From sequence record SRR20825010_561: a stretch of DNA of 60,252 bases, one strand, 5' to 3'. Below are positions 1-10,409 of the stretch, one piece after another; within the stretch, counting starts at the first letter, position 1; each line of letters starts with the position of its first letter. Both the position numbers and the translations under genes were made by a program. The notes under the pieces were generated by a model. It was not told the origin of the DNA, did no database searches, and worked only from the letters and a program-made list of their open reading frames with translations.

Positions 1-2
1 CA

Positions 3-62
3 ACTGATAAGGTAAGAAAAAGTATAGAGACAGTGTTACGTAAAATAAGAGCCTCTTATTAA
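3..62 (+). CDS. Possible 3' end of an upstream CDS (partial)
   Basis: Open frame from the window edge, TDKVRKSIETVLRKIRASY*, ending TAA at 60-62; too short to identify. Confidence 0.35.
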   Translation, partial: TDKVRKSIETVLRKIRASY

Positions 63-431
63 AAAGGACTTTACTTAACTATCGGCACTGAGCCAGATAA
101 AAAAAACCAACCTCTAATCTGGTTCTAATCAACTCTAAGGACACAATGGGGGGTTAATCATGCGTTTTTCAGCCTTATAACCATGAATATTACTGTTTAT
201 CAAAAACCAAGTCCATATAATTTCTTTTACTGAAGCAAGCAATGTGGTTTACATTATTATTATTATTTTAGTATCCTAAATCAGAACGCGTATTCTTGAT
301 ACGGTTGTGATCAACTACTAAACTACTAGACTTAATGAACTTCAAAGGGAGATACATTTTTCCTGCTTTCGATTCTATGTTTTTCTGCTTGTCTAAGAGA
401 AGCCATTATCTCATTTATAGGTGTTTCAATA

Positions 432-959
432 ATGAATGAGCTTGCAGCAGAATTAAAAAAAGGAAGCAATAGAGCTTTATCACAATTCTTTAATGAGAAT
501 TATGTAAAAGTCTACAATTTCTGTTACTCTTTCCTCAGATGTAAGGAAGAAGCTGAAGAAGTCACACAAGATGTCTTTGTCAAAATATGGAAAAGCAGAG
601 AGCAAATAAATGTAGAACTCTCTCTCAATGGACTTTTGTTTAAGGTAGCCAAGAATCTTACACTCAATAGGATTCGTGACATTAAGAAATTTTCAGATAT
701 GTATGAGATCAGTAGCAATATGCAAACTGGCAATACTACCATGGAAGAAGTACTATATAGAGAGATGGAACTCACCCTTAAAAAAGGGATCGATGACCTC
801 CCAAACAGAAGAAAAATGATTTTCGAATTGAGTAGACTCGAAGGACTCTCTAATAAGGAGATTGGAGAACAAATGAACATATCCGTCAATACAGTTGAAG
901 GTCAAATTCGAAAAGCAATAAAGCAACTACATAGTTACACCACCTCTCTTTTTGATTGA
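432..959 (+). CDS. ECF-type RNA polymerase sigma-70 factor
   Basis: Region 2 (AEEVTQDVFVKIW) and region 4 (FELSRLEGLSNKEIGEQMNISVNTVEGQIRKA); adjacent to a FecR gene. Confidence 0.93.
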   Translation: MNELAAELKKGSNRALSQFFNENYVKVYNFCYSFLRCKEEAEEVTQDVFVKIWKSREQINVELSLNGLLFKVAKNLTLNRIRDIKKFSDMYEISSNMQTGNTTMEEVLYREMELTLKKGIDDLPNRRKMIFELSRLEGLSNKEIGEQMNISVNTVEGQIRKAIKQLHSYTTSLFD

Positions 960-993
960 ATCTGGGAACTTATTCACAATATAAATTTCGGCA

Positions 994-1026
994 GAGTAAC
1001 GGCTACCCAAATTATCTGTGTATATA
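994..1026 (+). promoter_or_regulatory. Putative ECF-dependent promoter for fecR-susC-susD
   Basis: GAGTAAC...GTGTAT bipartite motif between the sigma and anti-sigma genes; inferred from position only. Confidence 0.3.
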
Positions 1027-1061
1027 ATAATGTAAGTAATTCATATTATATCGCATAAAGC

Positions 1062-2108
1062 GTGAAAGACAAAAAATCTACCTCTTCGTTTCTCAGCGGC
1101 AATAGTACCGATGAACAGAAAAAAGCACTTCATGATTGGCTCATTGAAAATGAAAACAGTGAGTTGACAGATGAGTTTTTTGAATCTGCATGGATTAATA
1201 CTTACAAAAAAGACATTCACAACATAGATAAGACTTCGATTTTTGATAAAATTTCGCAAGAAGTTAGCTTAGAAGAAAAACTTGCACGCCCACCTAAGAA
1301 CCAAGTTCTTCATCGATACAAAAAACGAGGTGTCTTGCCTGCCTTTACTATTGGATTGAACTTAATAATAGCCTTAACAATAGGCTATTTCTTATCTATT
1401 CCTAACCAATCTCCTAGTACTCAATATGAATTAGCTCAAATAACAAAACAAACACAAAGAGGCTACAGAAGCTCTTTCACATTAAAGGATGGCACCAAAG
1501 TAACTTTAAATTCAGAGTCAAAGCTAGTTTATGACGAAAGCTATGGTTTTGATCAAAGAATTGTACACTTAGAAGGGGAGGCCTTTTTTGAAGTTGCCGA
1601 AGACACCACTAGGCCATTTAAAGTCATTTCTAAAAGCTTAACTACAGTAGCATTAGGTACAGCATTTAATGTCCGCGATTATTCAGATGAAGATGATGCT
1701 TCTATTGCTTTGACCAAAGGAAAGGTTAAGGTAAATGGAACAAACCAAAGCCCCAATACCGAAAAACAATCACCTTTTATATTAGCCCCCTCTGAACTCA
1801 TAACATTTGATAAAAACGACATGATGCTAGTAAAGGGGAATTTTGAACCTAAGAAGCTATTATCATGGAAAGATGAAGTAATCTATTTCAATGATACCAA
1901 GCTGAGTGACATTATTAGAACCTTAGAAAGGTGGTATGATGTCAATATAATACTTAAAGGTAATGCCCCAAACAAACTCAAACTAGAAGGTACTGGAGAA
2001 TTTTCTCGTCAAAGTCTTGAATCAGTACTGAACACACTTGGTTATACTATGGGTTTTTCGACAGAAATTAATCAAAAGCAAATACTAATTAAGCTAACTG
2101 ATAACTAA
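1062..2108 (+). CDS. FecR-family anti-sigma factor
   Basis: Single TM segment, LKDGTKVTLNSESKL and LEGEAFFEVA motifs, C-terminal LSDIIRTLERWYDV domain; GTG start. Confidence 0.93.
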   Translation: MKDKKSTSSFLSGNSTDEQKKALHDWLIENENSELTDEFFESAWINTYKKDIHNIDKTSIFDKISQEVSLEEKLARPPKNQVLHRYKKRGVLPAFTIGLNLIIALTIGYFLSIPNQSPSTQYELAQITKQTQRGYRSSFTLKDGTKVTLNSESKLVYDESYGFDQRIVHLEGEAFFEVAEDTTRPFKVISKSLTTVALGTAFNVRDYSDEDDASIALTKGKVKVNGTNQSPNTEKQSPFILAPSELITFDKNDMMLVKGNFEPKKLLSWKDEVIYFNDTKLSDIIRTLERWYDVNIILKGNAPNKLKLEGTGEFSRQSLESVLNTLGYTMGFSTEINQKQILIKLTDN

Positions 2109-2143
2109 AAGTGCCTATGACAAAAACCTATTACTAAAAAATG

Positions 2144-2175
2144 CCAAGACGCGCTATTGCAGTAGAGCGCCTTGG
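2144..2175 (+). promoter_or_regulatory. Stem-loop in the fecR-susC intergenic leader (no U-tract)
   Basis: CCAAG-a-CGC-g-CTAT-tgca-GTAG-a-GCG-c-CTTGG folds into an interrupted hairpin. Confidence 0.5.
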
Positions 2176-2213
2176 ACTTACAAACTATGTTTAACTAAAA
2201 ACACACTTTATCT

Positions 2214-5200
2214 ATGAAAAAGAAATGTATAAATGCCCTCTCTCGAGGTGCAAAATACTCTCTATTTAGCATTGTGATACAAATATTTCTAATGTCATCA
2301 CTATTGGCTGCAAATGGCATGAACGGTCAAAGTATTCGAGAATACAAAGTAAAACTCGAACTAGAGAACGCATCAATACTAGAAACGTTTAAAGCCATCG
2401 AATTAAATTCTCCATTTAAGATTTTCTATAAGAAGAAAGACATTAATCTGGAGACAAAAATCAATATTATCTATGGGGAATATACTGTTGCAAAAGTGTT
2501 AGAGTTTATCTCCAAAGACGCAAAATTGAATTTCAAGCAAATAAACAAAAACATCTCGGTTGCTCCAACACCTGATAAAGAGGGCGGAAACAATGAGGCC
2601 ATTGAACCTGGCGATGTACAGGACAGAACTATTACTGGTAAAGTAACTAGTGCTGAGGATGGACTTCCATTGGTAAGTTTATCTGTTTACATCAAAGGTA
2701 CAACCAGTGGTGTTGTTACTGAAAGTGATGGTGCTTATAGAATAACCGTTCCGCAGAATGCTACAACTCTTGTTTTCAGATACCTAGGGTTTATTACCCA
2801 AGAAGTTGAAATCAGTGGTAGAAATTCCATCAATGTTGTTATGCAGCCTGAGGTAGTGGATTTCGGTGAAGTGATTGTAACTGCATTGAACATCCCTAGA
2901 GATGCTAAAACACTTCCTTATACAGCACAACAAGTGAATGCGAAGGAATTGAACATGGCTCAGCAACAAAACGTTACTAATGCACTTGCAGGTAAAGTAG
3001 CTGGTGTTCAAATCAGAACTGAATCTGGTGCTAGACTTGGCTCTAACGCTTCTGTTAGAATTAGAGGTAACATCAGTTTAACATCTGATGGTGGTGCACT
3101 TTGGGTTGTTGATGGTACTCCAGGTATTAACCCAGGTAGTATTAACATGGATGAAGTTGAGAGTGTAAACATTCTTAAAGGTCCAAATGCAACTGCCCTT
3201 TATGGACAAAGAGCTGCTGATGGTGTTGTAATGATTACAACTAAGCGTGCTGCCAAAGGCGACATGTCAGTTGATTTCACTACAGGTATCACTTTCGAAG
3301 AAGTGGGTCGTCAGCCTAATTACCAAAACTCTTATGGTGGAGGTGGTTCTGCGAACTGGATTACTTACAACTACAACCCTAATCACCCTGCTGAATGGCA
3401 AGTATTTGATGGTAAAAAATACCATGATTATACTGATGATGCGAGTTGGGGTCCTAAATTGGATGGTTCTGAATATATCCCTTGGTATGCTTGGTACCCT
3501 GGTTCTAAGTACTCTTTTAAGACTACTACATTTGACCCACAACCAAACAACATTAGAGATTACTGGGAAACTGGTACAACTTTAAGAAACAACATTGCCC
3601 TTTCTAAAGGTGGCGAAGGTTACTCTATGAGAGTTTCTTATACTAACGAACAACAAACTGGTTTGATCCCTAACTCTGAGCTTAAGAAAAATTACATCTC
3701 AGCCAAGTTAGATTTTGATGTTTCTGAGCGTTTTTCTATTAGAACGAACGTGAACTACCAAGATCAGGAAACTCAAGGAGACTTTAGCGATGGCTATTCT
3801 AACAACGCTACTGGTAACTTCAACTCTTGGTTCCACAGAGATTTGGACATGGACATTATGAGAGAATTATCTCAGTTTAAAACACCAACAGGTAATATTG
3901 CGTCTTGGAACCATAGTAACGTTTCTAGTACAACAAACTTCAATACTGCAAACTTCAACAGAGGTAACTACTGGTATAACCCGTACACTTACTTTGAGTT
4001 ATTGGATAACAGATCAAATACAAACAGAGTGTTCGGAGATATCTCTTTAACTTATAAGTTAAATGATAAATTCTCAATCACTGGTACTGCAAGAAGATAT
4101 GAAGTATTTGGACGTAGCGAGCTTAAACTACCTGCTTTATTGGCTAATTCTGCCTCTCAAGCCGGTTATTTCAACTCTTACTCTACAAGTCAGTCTCGTT
4201 ACACTGAAGACAACTTTGAGTTCTTAGCAACTTATTCTGAAACTTTTGGTGATCTATCTGTTGACTTCAACCTAGGAGGTAACCTTAGAAACAATCTAAG
4301 TACTAGTATCAATGGAGCTACTTCAGGAGGTATGGTTGTTCCAGACCTTTGGTCACTCGCTAACACAGTGAACCCTAGAGTAACTGGTCAAGGTTATTCA
4401 TTACAGAAAACAAGAAGTGCATTTGCAAGAACCACTTTGGGCTACAAAGAATACTTATTCTTAGAAGCAACACTTAGAAATGACTTGAGTTCTACTTTAC
4501 CTAAAGGTAACAACGGATATATTTACCCTTCTGTAGGTGGATCTTTCGTATTCTCTGAATTCACAGAAGATCTACTTCCTGCACTAAGCTATGGTAAAAT
4601 CAGAGCTGGTTACGCAGAATCTGGTAGTGATCTAGGTGCTTACACAACTGAAGCATACTACGGAATTGGTTCTAACCAATTCAGCGGTAACCTATTAATG
4701 TCAGTTCCAAGCCGTCTTGTAGACCCTAATCTTTCTCCAGTAACTAACTCTTCTGTTGAATTTGGTACTGACCTTAAGTTCTTCGAAAGAAGAGCCGGTA
4801 TTAGCTTCACTTACTATAATGAGAAGCACAGAGATGATATCCTTTCAGCACAAATTGCTACAGGATCAGGTTATAGCTCTATTCTTCAAAATGCTGGTTC
4901 TACAAAAAGATCTGGTATTGAGCTAGTGCTTTCTGGAACCCCAGTTCGTTCAGGTGACTTCCAGTGGGACTTAACTGTTAACTGGGCTCAGAACAAATCT
5001 GAAATCGTAAGTATTGCTGATAACTTAGAGAGCCTTATCTATAGCTCTGGCACATTCGGCTTTGCAAGAACAGTACACCAAGAAGGAAAAGAATGGGGTC
5101 AATTAAGAGGAACGGCTATTGCAAGAAATGCAGACGGTCTTCCTATTTTGAATTCTAATGGTCTTTTCACTGCTGATCAAAACCATTATTTCGGTTCTGT

Positions 5201-5759
5201 GCTTCCAGACTTCAACGGTGGTATTATTTCTACTTTAACTTGGAAAGACTTGACATTGAACATGTCATTTGATTACCAAAAAGGTGGTAAATTCTTCTCT
5301 TTATCAGAGCACTGGGGTAATTACTCAGGTCTTTTGGATGAGACTGCAGCCATTAACGAAAATGGTAAAAACGTAAGAGATGCTGTTGCTGATGGTGGTG
5401 GTATTCGTATGGTAGGTGTTGACGCTAGCGGAAACCCAGTTGATAGATATGTATCTGCCTTTAACTATTTCCACCAATTCTATGGAACTAATAGGTTGGC
5501 TGAAACAATGATTTATGACGCTACTTACCTTAAAATGCGTGAGCTTTCTGTAAACTACAGAGTTCCTGTAACTAAAGTATTTGGAAACTCACCATTCAAC
5601 AGTATCAACGTATCATTCATTGCTAGAAACCCTTGGTTAATTGCAACTGCAAAAGGTCAAGATAACTGGGATCCATCTGATCAGTCTGCCTCTTACGGTG
5701 AAAACGGACAGCTTCCAAGTACTAGAAGCTATGGTTTGAGCGTTAAATTTGGATTTTAA
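2214..5759 (+). CDS. susC: SusC/RagA TonB-dependent transporter with N-terminal signalling (STN) extension
   Basis: STN-like N-terminus, CarboxypepD_reg-like domain (ITGKVTSAEDGLPL), plug motif LKGPNATALYGQRAADGVVMITTK, C-terminal Phe. Confidence 0.95.
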   Translation: MKKKCINALSRGAKYSLFSIVIQIFLMSSLLAANGMNGQSIREYKVKLELENASILETFKAIELNSPFKIFYKKKDINLETKINIIYGEYTVAKVLEFISKDAKLNFKQINKNISVAPTPDKEGGNNEAIEPGDVQDRTITGKVTSAEDGLPLVSLSVYIKGTTSGVVTESDGAYRITVPQNATTLVFRYLGFITQEVEISGRNSINVVMQPEVVDFGEVIVTALNIPRDAKTLPYTAQQVNAKELNMAQQQNVTNALAGKVAGVQIRTESGARLGSNASVRIRGNISLTSDGGALWVVDGTPGINPGSINMDEVESVNILKGPNATALYGQRAADGVVMITTKRAAKGDMSVDFTTGITFEEVGRQPNYQNSYGGGGSANWITYNYNPNHPAEWQVFDGKKYHDYTDDASWGPKLDGSEYIPWYAWYPGSKYSFKTTTFDPQPNNIRDYWETGTTLRNNIALSKGGEGYSMRVSYTNEQQTGLIPNSELKKNYISAKLDFDVSERFSIRTNVNYQDQETQGDFSDGYSNNATGNFNSWFHRDLDMDIMRELSQFKTPTGNIASWNHSNVSSTTNFNTANFNRGNYWYNPYTYFELLDNRSNTNRVFGDISLTYKLNDKFSITGTARRYEVFGRSELKLPALLANSASQAGYFNSYSTSQSRYTEDNFEFLATYSETFGDLSVDFNLGGNLRNNLSTSINGATSGGMVVPDLWSLANTVNPRVTGQGYSLQKTRSAFARTTLGYKEYLFLEATLRNDLSSTLPKGNNGYIYPSVGGSFVFSEFTEDLLPALSYGKIRAGYAESGSDLGAYTTEAYYGIGSNQFSGNLLMSVPSRLVDPNLSPVTNSSVEFGTDLKFFERRAGISFTYYNEKHRDDILSAQIATGSGYSSILQNAGSTKRSGIELVLSGTPVRSGDFQWDLTVNWAQNKSEIVSIADNLESLIYSSGTFGFARTVHQEGKEWGQLRGTAIARNADGLPILNSNGLFTADQNHYFGSVLPDFNGGIISTLTWKDLTLNMSFDYQKGGKFFSLSEHWGNYSGLLDETAAINENGKNVRDAVADGGGIRMVGVDASGNPVDRYVSAFNYFHQFYGTNRLAETMIYDATYLKMRELSVNYRVPVTKVFGNSPFNSINVSFIARNPWLIATAKGQDNWDPSDQSASYGENGQLPSTRSYGLSVKFGF

Positions 5760-5770
5760 AACTTATTAAG

Positions 5771-7234
5771 ATGAGAAAAATGAAATCAACAATAAAAACG
5801 AAAAGTATTATAGCATCGCTATTGGTGTCTGTATTATTTTTAGCAAACTCATGTGAGGAGTACGATTTTGGGGATACGAATGTAAACCCAGCACAAACTG
5901 GTACACCCTTACCGAATGCATTGCTTACAAGTGCGTTGTGGTCAGTTTCTGGTTATGAAACTCAAACTACACCATCCCTATATGTTCAGTATTTATCTGA
6001 AACTCAATACCCTGAAACATCTTTGTACGCAGTAGGACCTGTGAGCTGGGGTGAATATACTGGCGTATTGCAGAACCTGAATTCCATCATCAATTATAAT
6101 ACTGATGCGGACACTAAGACTAAAGCTCTAGATTTTGGTTCTAATGCGAACCAAATTGCGGTAGCTAGAATTCTTAAGGCGCATGTATTTTCTAAAGTGA
6201 CTGATAAATGGGGTGATGTACCTTATTCTGAAGCTTTAAATGGAAACACTTTCCCTTCATACGACACTCAAGAAAGTATCTACAAAGATATTTTGAAAGA
6301 GTTAACAGAGGCGGAAAATGGTTTTGATGCTGGAGCAATGCCTTCAGGTGATATCATGTTAGACGGTGACAAGGCTGCATGGAAGAAACTAGCCAATTCA
6401 CTTAGAATGATCTATTCTCTTCGTTTGTCTAAGCGTTATCCTGGAGCTAATGATTATGCTGCAACTCAATTCAAAGCTGCATTGAACGATGCTGATGGAT
6501 ATGTTGCTACAAATGCTGACAACATTCTTTACGCTCATTTAGACAACAACAACTTTGCAAACAGATGGTACTCTCTTTTCTTAACAAGAGCTGATTATAC
6601 TATTAGTGATGTAATGATTGATAAACTTGTTGCCAAAAATGATCCAAGACTTGATGTTTATGCCAACAAAAACACCAATGGTGCTTATGTTGGATTGCCT
6701 TATGGATACACTAGAGACCAGCTAATTACATGGACTGCGAACAATCAGTATTCATTGATGGGTGACGCCATTACAGGCCAAACTTCTGATAGTTATTTCA
6801 TTACCGCTTCCTACATGGATTTTACTCGTGCTGAAGCTGCTCAATTGGGATGGACTACTGAAATTGCTGCCACTTTATATGCCAAAGGTATAGAGGATTC
6901 TTGGAGACAGCGTGGAGTTTATGATGCAACAGCCTTTGCTACTTATTTAGCTGATGCTCAAAATGCATATGTAGGTAACACTGCTGAGAAAATTGGAGAT
7001 CAAAAATGGATTGCTGCATTCCCTGATGGGTTTGAAATGTGGTCTGATTGGAGAAGAACAGGATATCCTGTATTAACTCCAACTCCAAATAACTTGAATG
7101 ACAATGGTAATATTCCATTGAGATATGGTTATCCTTCAAACGAGTCTGATTTGAACAGTGAGAAATATGATGCTGCTGTAGCTCGATTAGCAAACGGTGA
7201 CACAGATAACTCTCCAGTTTGGTGGGATAATTAA
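5771..7234 (+). CDS. susD: SusD/RagB nutrient-binding lipoprotein
   Basis: Lipobox LANSC, TDKWGDVPYSEA, WSDWRRTGYP, terminal VWWD; directly follows susC. Confidence 0.93.
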   Translation: MRKMKSTIKTKSIIASLLVSVLFLANSCEEYDFGDTNVNPAQTGTPLPNALLTSALWSVSGYETQTTPSLYVQYLSETQYPETSLYAVGPVSWGEYTGVLQNLNSIINYNTDADTKTKALDFGSNANQIAVARILKAHVFSKVTDKWGDVPYSEALNGNTFPSYDTQESIYKDILKELTEAENGFDAGAMPSGDIMLDGDKAAWKKLANSLRMIYSLRLSKRYPGANDYAATQFKAALNDADGYVATNADNILYAHLDNNNFANRWYSLFLTRADYTISDVMIDKLVAKNDPRLDVYANKNTNGAYVGLPYGYTRDQLITWTANNQYSLMGDAITGQTSDSYFITASYMDFTRAEAAQLGWTTEIAATLYAKGIEDSWRQRGVYDATAFATYLADAQNAYVGNTAEKIGDQKWIAAFPDGFEMWSDWRRTGYPVLTPTPNNLNDNGNIPLRYGYPSNESDLNSEKYDAAVARLANGDTDNSPVWWDN

Positions 7235-7303
7235 TTCACATTGAATTAAGATGAAATATGCTATGTAATTTTAGTTAGTTAGTAGTTAGTATATTTTGCT
7301 TAG

Positions 7304-7335
7304 AAGGCCGGTTCCAATTGGGACCGGTTTTTTTT
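7304..7335 (+). terminator. Intrinsic terminator after susD
   Basis: GGCCGGTTCC-AATT-GGGACCGGTT hairpin followed by a T run. Confidence 0.8.
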
Positions 7336-7337
7336 GT

Positions 7338-7817
7338 TTAAATATCTTCTTCTCTAGCTATAAACTCTATAAGCCCCTCAGTCGACCGATCAATAATATC
7401 ATAAACTACTTGAAAACCGTTATCCCCACCGTAATATGGATCTGGAACATCCTTATTCAATGCCGAGTCATCAAAGCTACGCATAAGCCAAATTTGCTCA
7501 CTATTACCCACTGGACGTATCCGTTCAACATTTACCACATTACTAGAGTCCATAGCGATGATGTAATCAAAATCATAAAAGTCTTGAGCTGTAAACTGCC
7601 TGCCGTAATGATCAAGACTCACGCCATTCGATAACGCATTGCGAACTGTTCGCTTATCCGGTTGTTCTCCTATATGATAATTTGACGTGCCACAAGAATC
7701 AACATGAAAATAGTTCTCATACCCCCTATCGGCTACTTTCTTTCTAAATACAGCTTCTGCTAAAGGAGATCGACAAATATTACCTAGACAAACAAACAGC
7801 ACCTTCACCTTAGACAT
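7338..7817 (-). CDS. Low-molecular-weight protein-tyrosine phosphatase
   Basis: CLGNICRS P-loop and DPYYG motif; start at 7817 or 7823. Confidence 0.93.
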   Translation of the reverse strand: MSKVKVLFVCLGNICRSPLAEAVFRKKVADRGYENYFHVDSCGTSNYHIGEQPDKRTVRNALSNGVSLDHYGRQFTAQDFYDFDYIIAMDSSNVVNVERIRPVGNSEQIWLMRSFDDSALNKDVPDPYYGGDNGFQVVYDIIDRSTEGLIEFIAREEDI

Positions 7818-7830
7818 TCCCATTTCTTTC

Positions 7831-7838
7831 TATTTTTG
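7831..7838 (+). promoter_or_regulatory. Bacteroidota sigma-A -7 box
   Basis: TATTTTTG matches TAnnTTTG, ~30 nt upstream of the enoyl-CoA hydratase start. Confidence 0.45.
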
Positions 7839-7867
7839 TTTTGAGTTAAAAATAACAAACTTAACCT

Positions 7868-8641
7868 ATGGAATTTATCAAAGTAAATAAAGCATACGCC
7901 AAACACATTGCTCTTATTCAACTCAACCGACCTAAAGAGCTAAATGCCTTGAATTTGCAGCTGATGGGCGAAATCAGGGATAGCTTAAAAGAACTGGACC
8001 AAGATGGCGAGGTGAGGGTAATTATCATCACAGGAGATGACAGGGCATTTGCTGCAGGTGCCGACATTAAGCAAATGGCTGGTAAATCCACCACCGACAT
8101 GTGGAAAACAGACCAATTCAGTACCTGGGATCAAATCAACAAAACCCGAAAACCTATTATAGCAGCAGTATCCGGTTTTGCACTAGGTGGTGGCTGCGAA
8201 TTGGCCATGACATGCGATATGATTGTAGCTTCAGAAACAGCTCAATTTGGCCAGCCCGAAATCAAAATAGGAGTAATGCCTGGAGCCGGAGGAACCCAGC
8301 GGCTCACCAAAGCTTTAGGAAAAGCAAAAGCTATGGAATTAGTATTAACAGGCAAGTTCATCTCGGCAGAAGAAGCCTATGGCTACGGACTTGTGAATAA
8401 AGTAGTTCCGACTGAGCTGTATTTAAAAGAAGCCACGGCACTTGCCAGTGAAATTGCAAGCATGTCTCCCATTGCTGTCCAAATGGCTAAAGAAGCCGTA
8501 AAAAGGTCTTTTGAAGTTCCATTAGAAGAGGGGCTTCATTTTGAAAGGAAAAACTTCTACATGCTGTTCTCTTCCGAGGATCAGAAAGAAGGAATGAATG
8601 CTTTTGTAGAAAAAAGAAAACCAAATTTTAAAGGTAAATGA
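7868..8641 (+). CDS. Enoyl-CoA hydratase (crotonase family, PaaF-like)
   Basis: AFAAGADIK, ALGGGCELA, FGQPEIKIGVMPGAGGTQRL. Confidence 0.92.
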   Translation: MEFIKVNKAYAKHIALIQLNRPKELNALNLQLMGEIRDSLKELDQDGEVRVIIITGDDRAFAAGADIKQMAGKSTTDMWKTDQFSTWDQINKTRKPIIAAVSGFALGGGCELAMTCDMIVASETAQFGQPEIKIGVMPGAGGTQRLTKALGKAKAMELVLTGKFISAEEAYGYGLVNKVVPTELYLKEATALASEIASMSPIAVQMAKEAVKRSFEVPLEEGLHFERKNFYMLFSSEDQKEGMNAFVEKRKPNFKGK

Positions 8642-8646
8642 CAAAT

Positions 8647-8672
8647 AAAAAAGGGGCTTAAGCCCCTTTTTT
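8647..8672. terminator. Bidirectional intrinsic terminator
   Basis: Perfect palindrome AAAAAAGGGGCTTAAGCCCCTTTTTT between convergent genes. Confidence 0.85.
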
Positions 8673-8690
8673 ATCAAAGTAATGTCTCTT

Positions 8691-9743
8691 TTAGATTCCT
8701 GGTACCATCGGAATATTTGTACTGCTAGCACCTTCTCTAAAACTAAATCCAATCCCAACAGTGGCAGTGTTATACTCTTGGAAAGAATACTCACCAAAAA
8801 GATTCAAGAACAATAGCCTGACTCTCAAACCAACATTAGCCTTTACACCACCATTTTCATAGGCCAAATTAATTGGATCCGGGTAGGTAGCTGTTTCCGT
8901 AGTATAATCTCCCTTCAACCCAAATGTTGTTTTAGACTTTGCATAGCCTAAGCCACCATAAACAGTGAGTAGTGCTATCTTTTTAGAAATTAAAGCCTGA
9001 ATCACAGTTCCTTTAGTTTCAAATTCAGCAAATTGGTTCAAGTCTGAATCAACAGCAAGTGAAGTTTTTAAATTGGTGTACCCCACAAACATTGAAAGAT
9101 CGAAAGGCAACTTGTTCACCACTGGCAGGTATTGCTTGATGTCATGCATTACACCAACCCCAAATAGCTTTACAGACCCTTCGTCCTCATCTCCCAACGA
9201 AATATCAGGAGTGTATCTTACTTTAAGGTCGGTTCCTTTTATTAAACCAACTCCCAATTGAATCATTGGAGAAGGTACTGCATTCGCTGGAAATTCTTCT
9301 TTTAAGCCCAACCCTGTTGGTGCAGAAATACGAATGGTTTCTTCACCATTATCTAAAAATCTTAGTTCTGGAAGATCATCGGCACCTAAATTAGGTCCAA
9401 ACAAAGTTGGCAACTGAGCTGAAGTACCATTAGATAACTGAACATTAGTATAATCAGCGTTGTTAAACGTAAAGAACTCCCCACTAGTAGGCACAATGGC
9501 CGCATTAACAGAAATGTTAAGATCGAAGCCCAAAGTTTTGTGAGGCCTAGCCGTATTATACCAACCAGCATTTACGCCATAGCCAATCCCTTTAAAAGCG
9601 GGTGCCATATATGCTTCCAATAATTTATTAGCGTCCGCCAAGCCCGCTTCCAGAAAAGAGTCAAAATCTAATTGTGCTTTAGACACATTAGCCAACGACA
9701 CCATTAATCCAGTTATCAATAATATTCTTGTATAAATTTTCAT
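8691..9743 (-). CDS. Putative outer-membrane beta-barrel protein (DUF6588-like)
   Basis: Signal peptide, NAGWYNTA and GVGVMHDIKQY motifs, amphipathic beta strands in the C-terminal half. Confidence 0.65.
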   Translation of the reverse strand: MKIYTRILLITGLMVSLANVSKAQLDFDSFLEAGLADANKLLEAYMAPAFKGIGYGVNAGWYNTARPHKTLGFDLNISVNAAIVPTSGEFFTFNNADYTNVQLSNGTSAQLPTLFGPNLGADDLPELRFLDNGEETIRISAPTGLGLKEEFPANAVPSPMIQLGVGLIKGTDLKVRYTPDISLGDEDEGSVKLFGVGVMHDIKQYLPVVNKLPFDLSMFVGYTNLKTSLAVDSDLNQFAEFETKGTVIQALISKKIALLTVYGGLGYAKSKTTFGLKGDYTTETATYPDPINLAYENGGVKANVGLRVRLLFLNLFGEYSFQEYNTATVGIGFSFREGASSTNIPMVPGI

Positions 9744-9763
9744 GTCAAAATGCTTTTAAAAAA

Positions 9764-10351
9764 TTAATCTAACTGGACTCTTGCGGTAACGTCAAACTTG
9801 AATAAAAAATCAAATGAATCACTGCTAGATTGAAATCTAACATTCCTTCCTACAAGCACTAATTCTATTTTGAAAGAGGTACCATCCAACAATGCACCTT
9901 CGATCACTGATACTGCGGCTTGATTTACATCACCCGGAGCAACTTTGTCGAAAAGAAGTACATCTTCTGTTTTCGTATGAGCATCTTCAACTGTAGTCTC
10001 CAAAAGTTTAGTTGTAGTACCTCCGCTTACAATATTTAAGGTGATATCTAAATCAGCCTCGTTTCCTGTATCAAACCCTTGAAGCTTATACCAAATCTTA
10101 TTAATAGTAAAACGTTGAAGTTGATCTCCATACTCCCCAAACTCATCAGAAGTAATACTTATATCACCAGTCTCAACAGTAATAGGTGGTGTTTCGTTAA
10201 CCAAAACGCCAACGGCCTGAGCTGGTAAATCAATAGTGACAGTAACAGGGTCGGTTTCCACAACTTGAGAGACATCTGATTGGATACCAGCCTCTCCGCA
10301 GGCGCTAATAATAGTCGCCATCAGTAAAATTAATAGTAAGTTTTTTTTCAT
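9764..10351 (-). CDS. Hypothetical lipoprotein
   Basis: Start revised to ATG 10351 (MKKNLL...IISAC lipobox); beta-rich, acidic. Confidence 0.75.
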   Translation of the reverse strand: MKKNLLLILLMATIISACGEAGIQSDVSQVVETDPVTVTIDLPAQAVGVLVNETPPITVETGDISITSDEFGEYGDQLQRFTINKIWYKLQGFDTGNEADLDITLNIVSGGTTTKLLETTVEDAHTKTEDVLLFDKVAPGDVNQAAVSVIEGALLDGTSFKIELVLVGRNVRFQSSSDSFDFLFKFDVTARVQLD

Positions 10352-10409
10352 TCTTAAGGTGTTAAAAATTACGCTAAATATATATAAGGTTGTACGGATC
10401 AAGATAAAC

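Noticed and set aside
7271-7290. Short TTAG tandem run after susD
   Set aside because: Only a few imperfect units in a 3' UTR; not a CRISPR or a convincing contingency repeat
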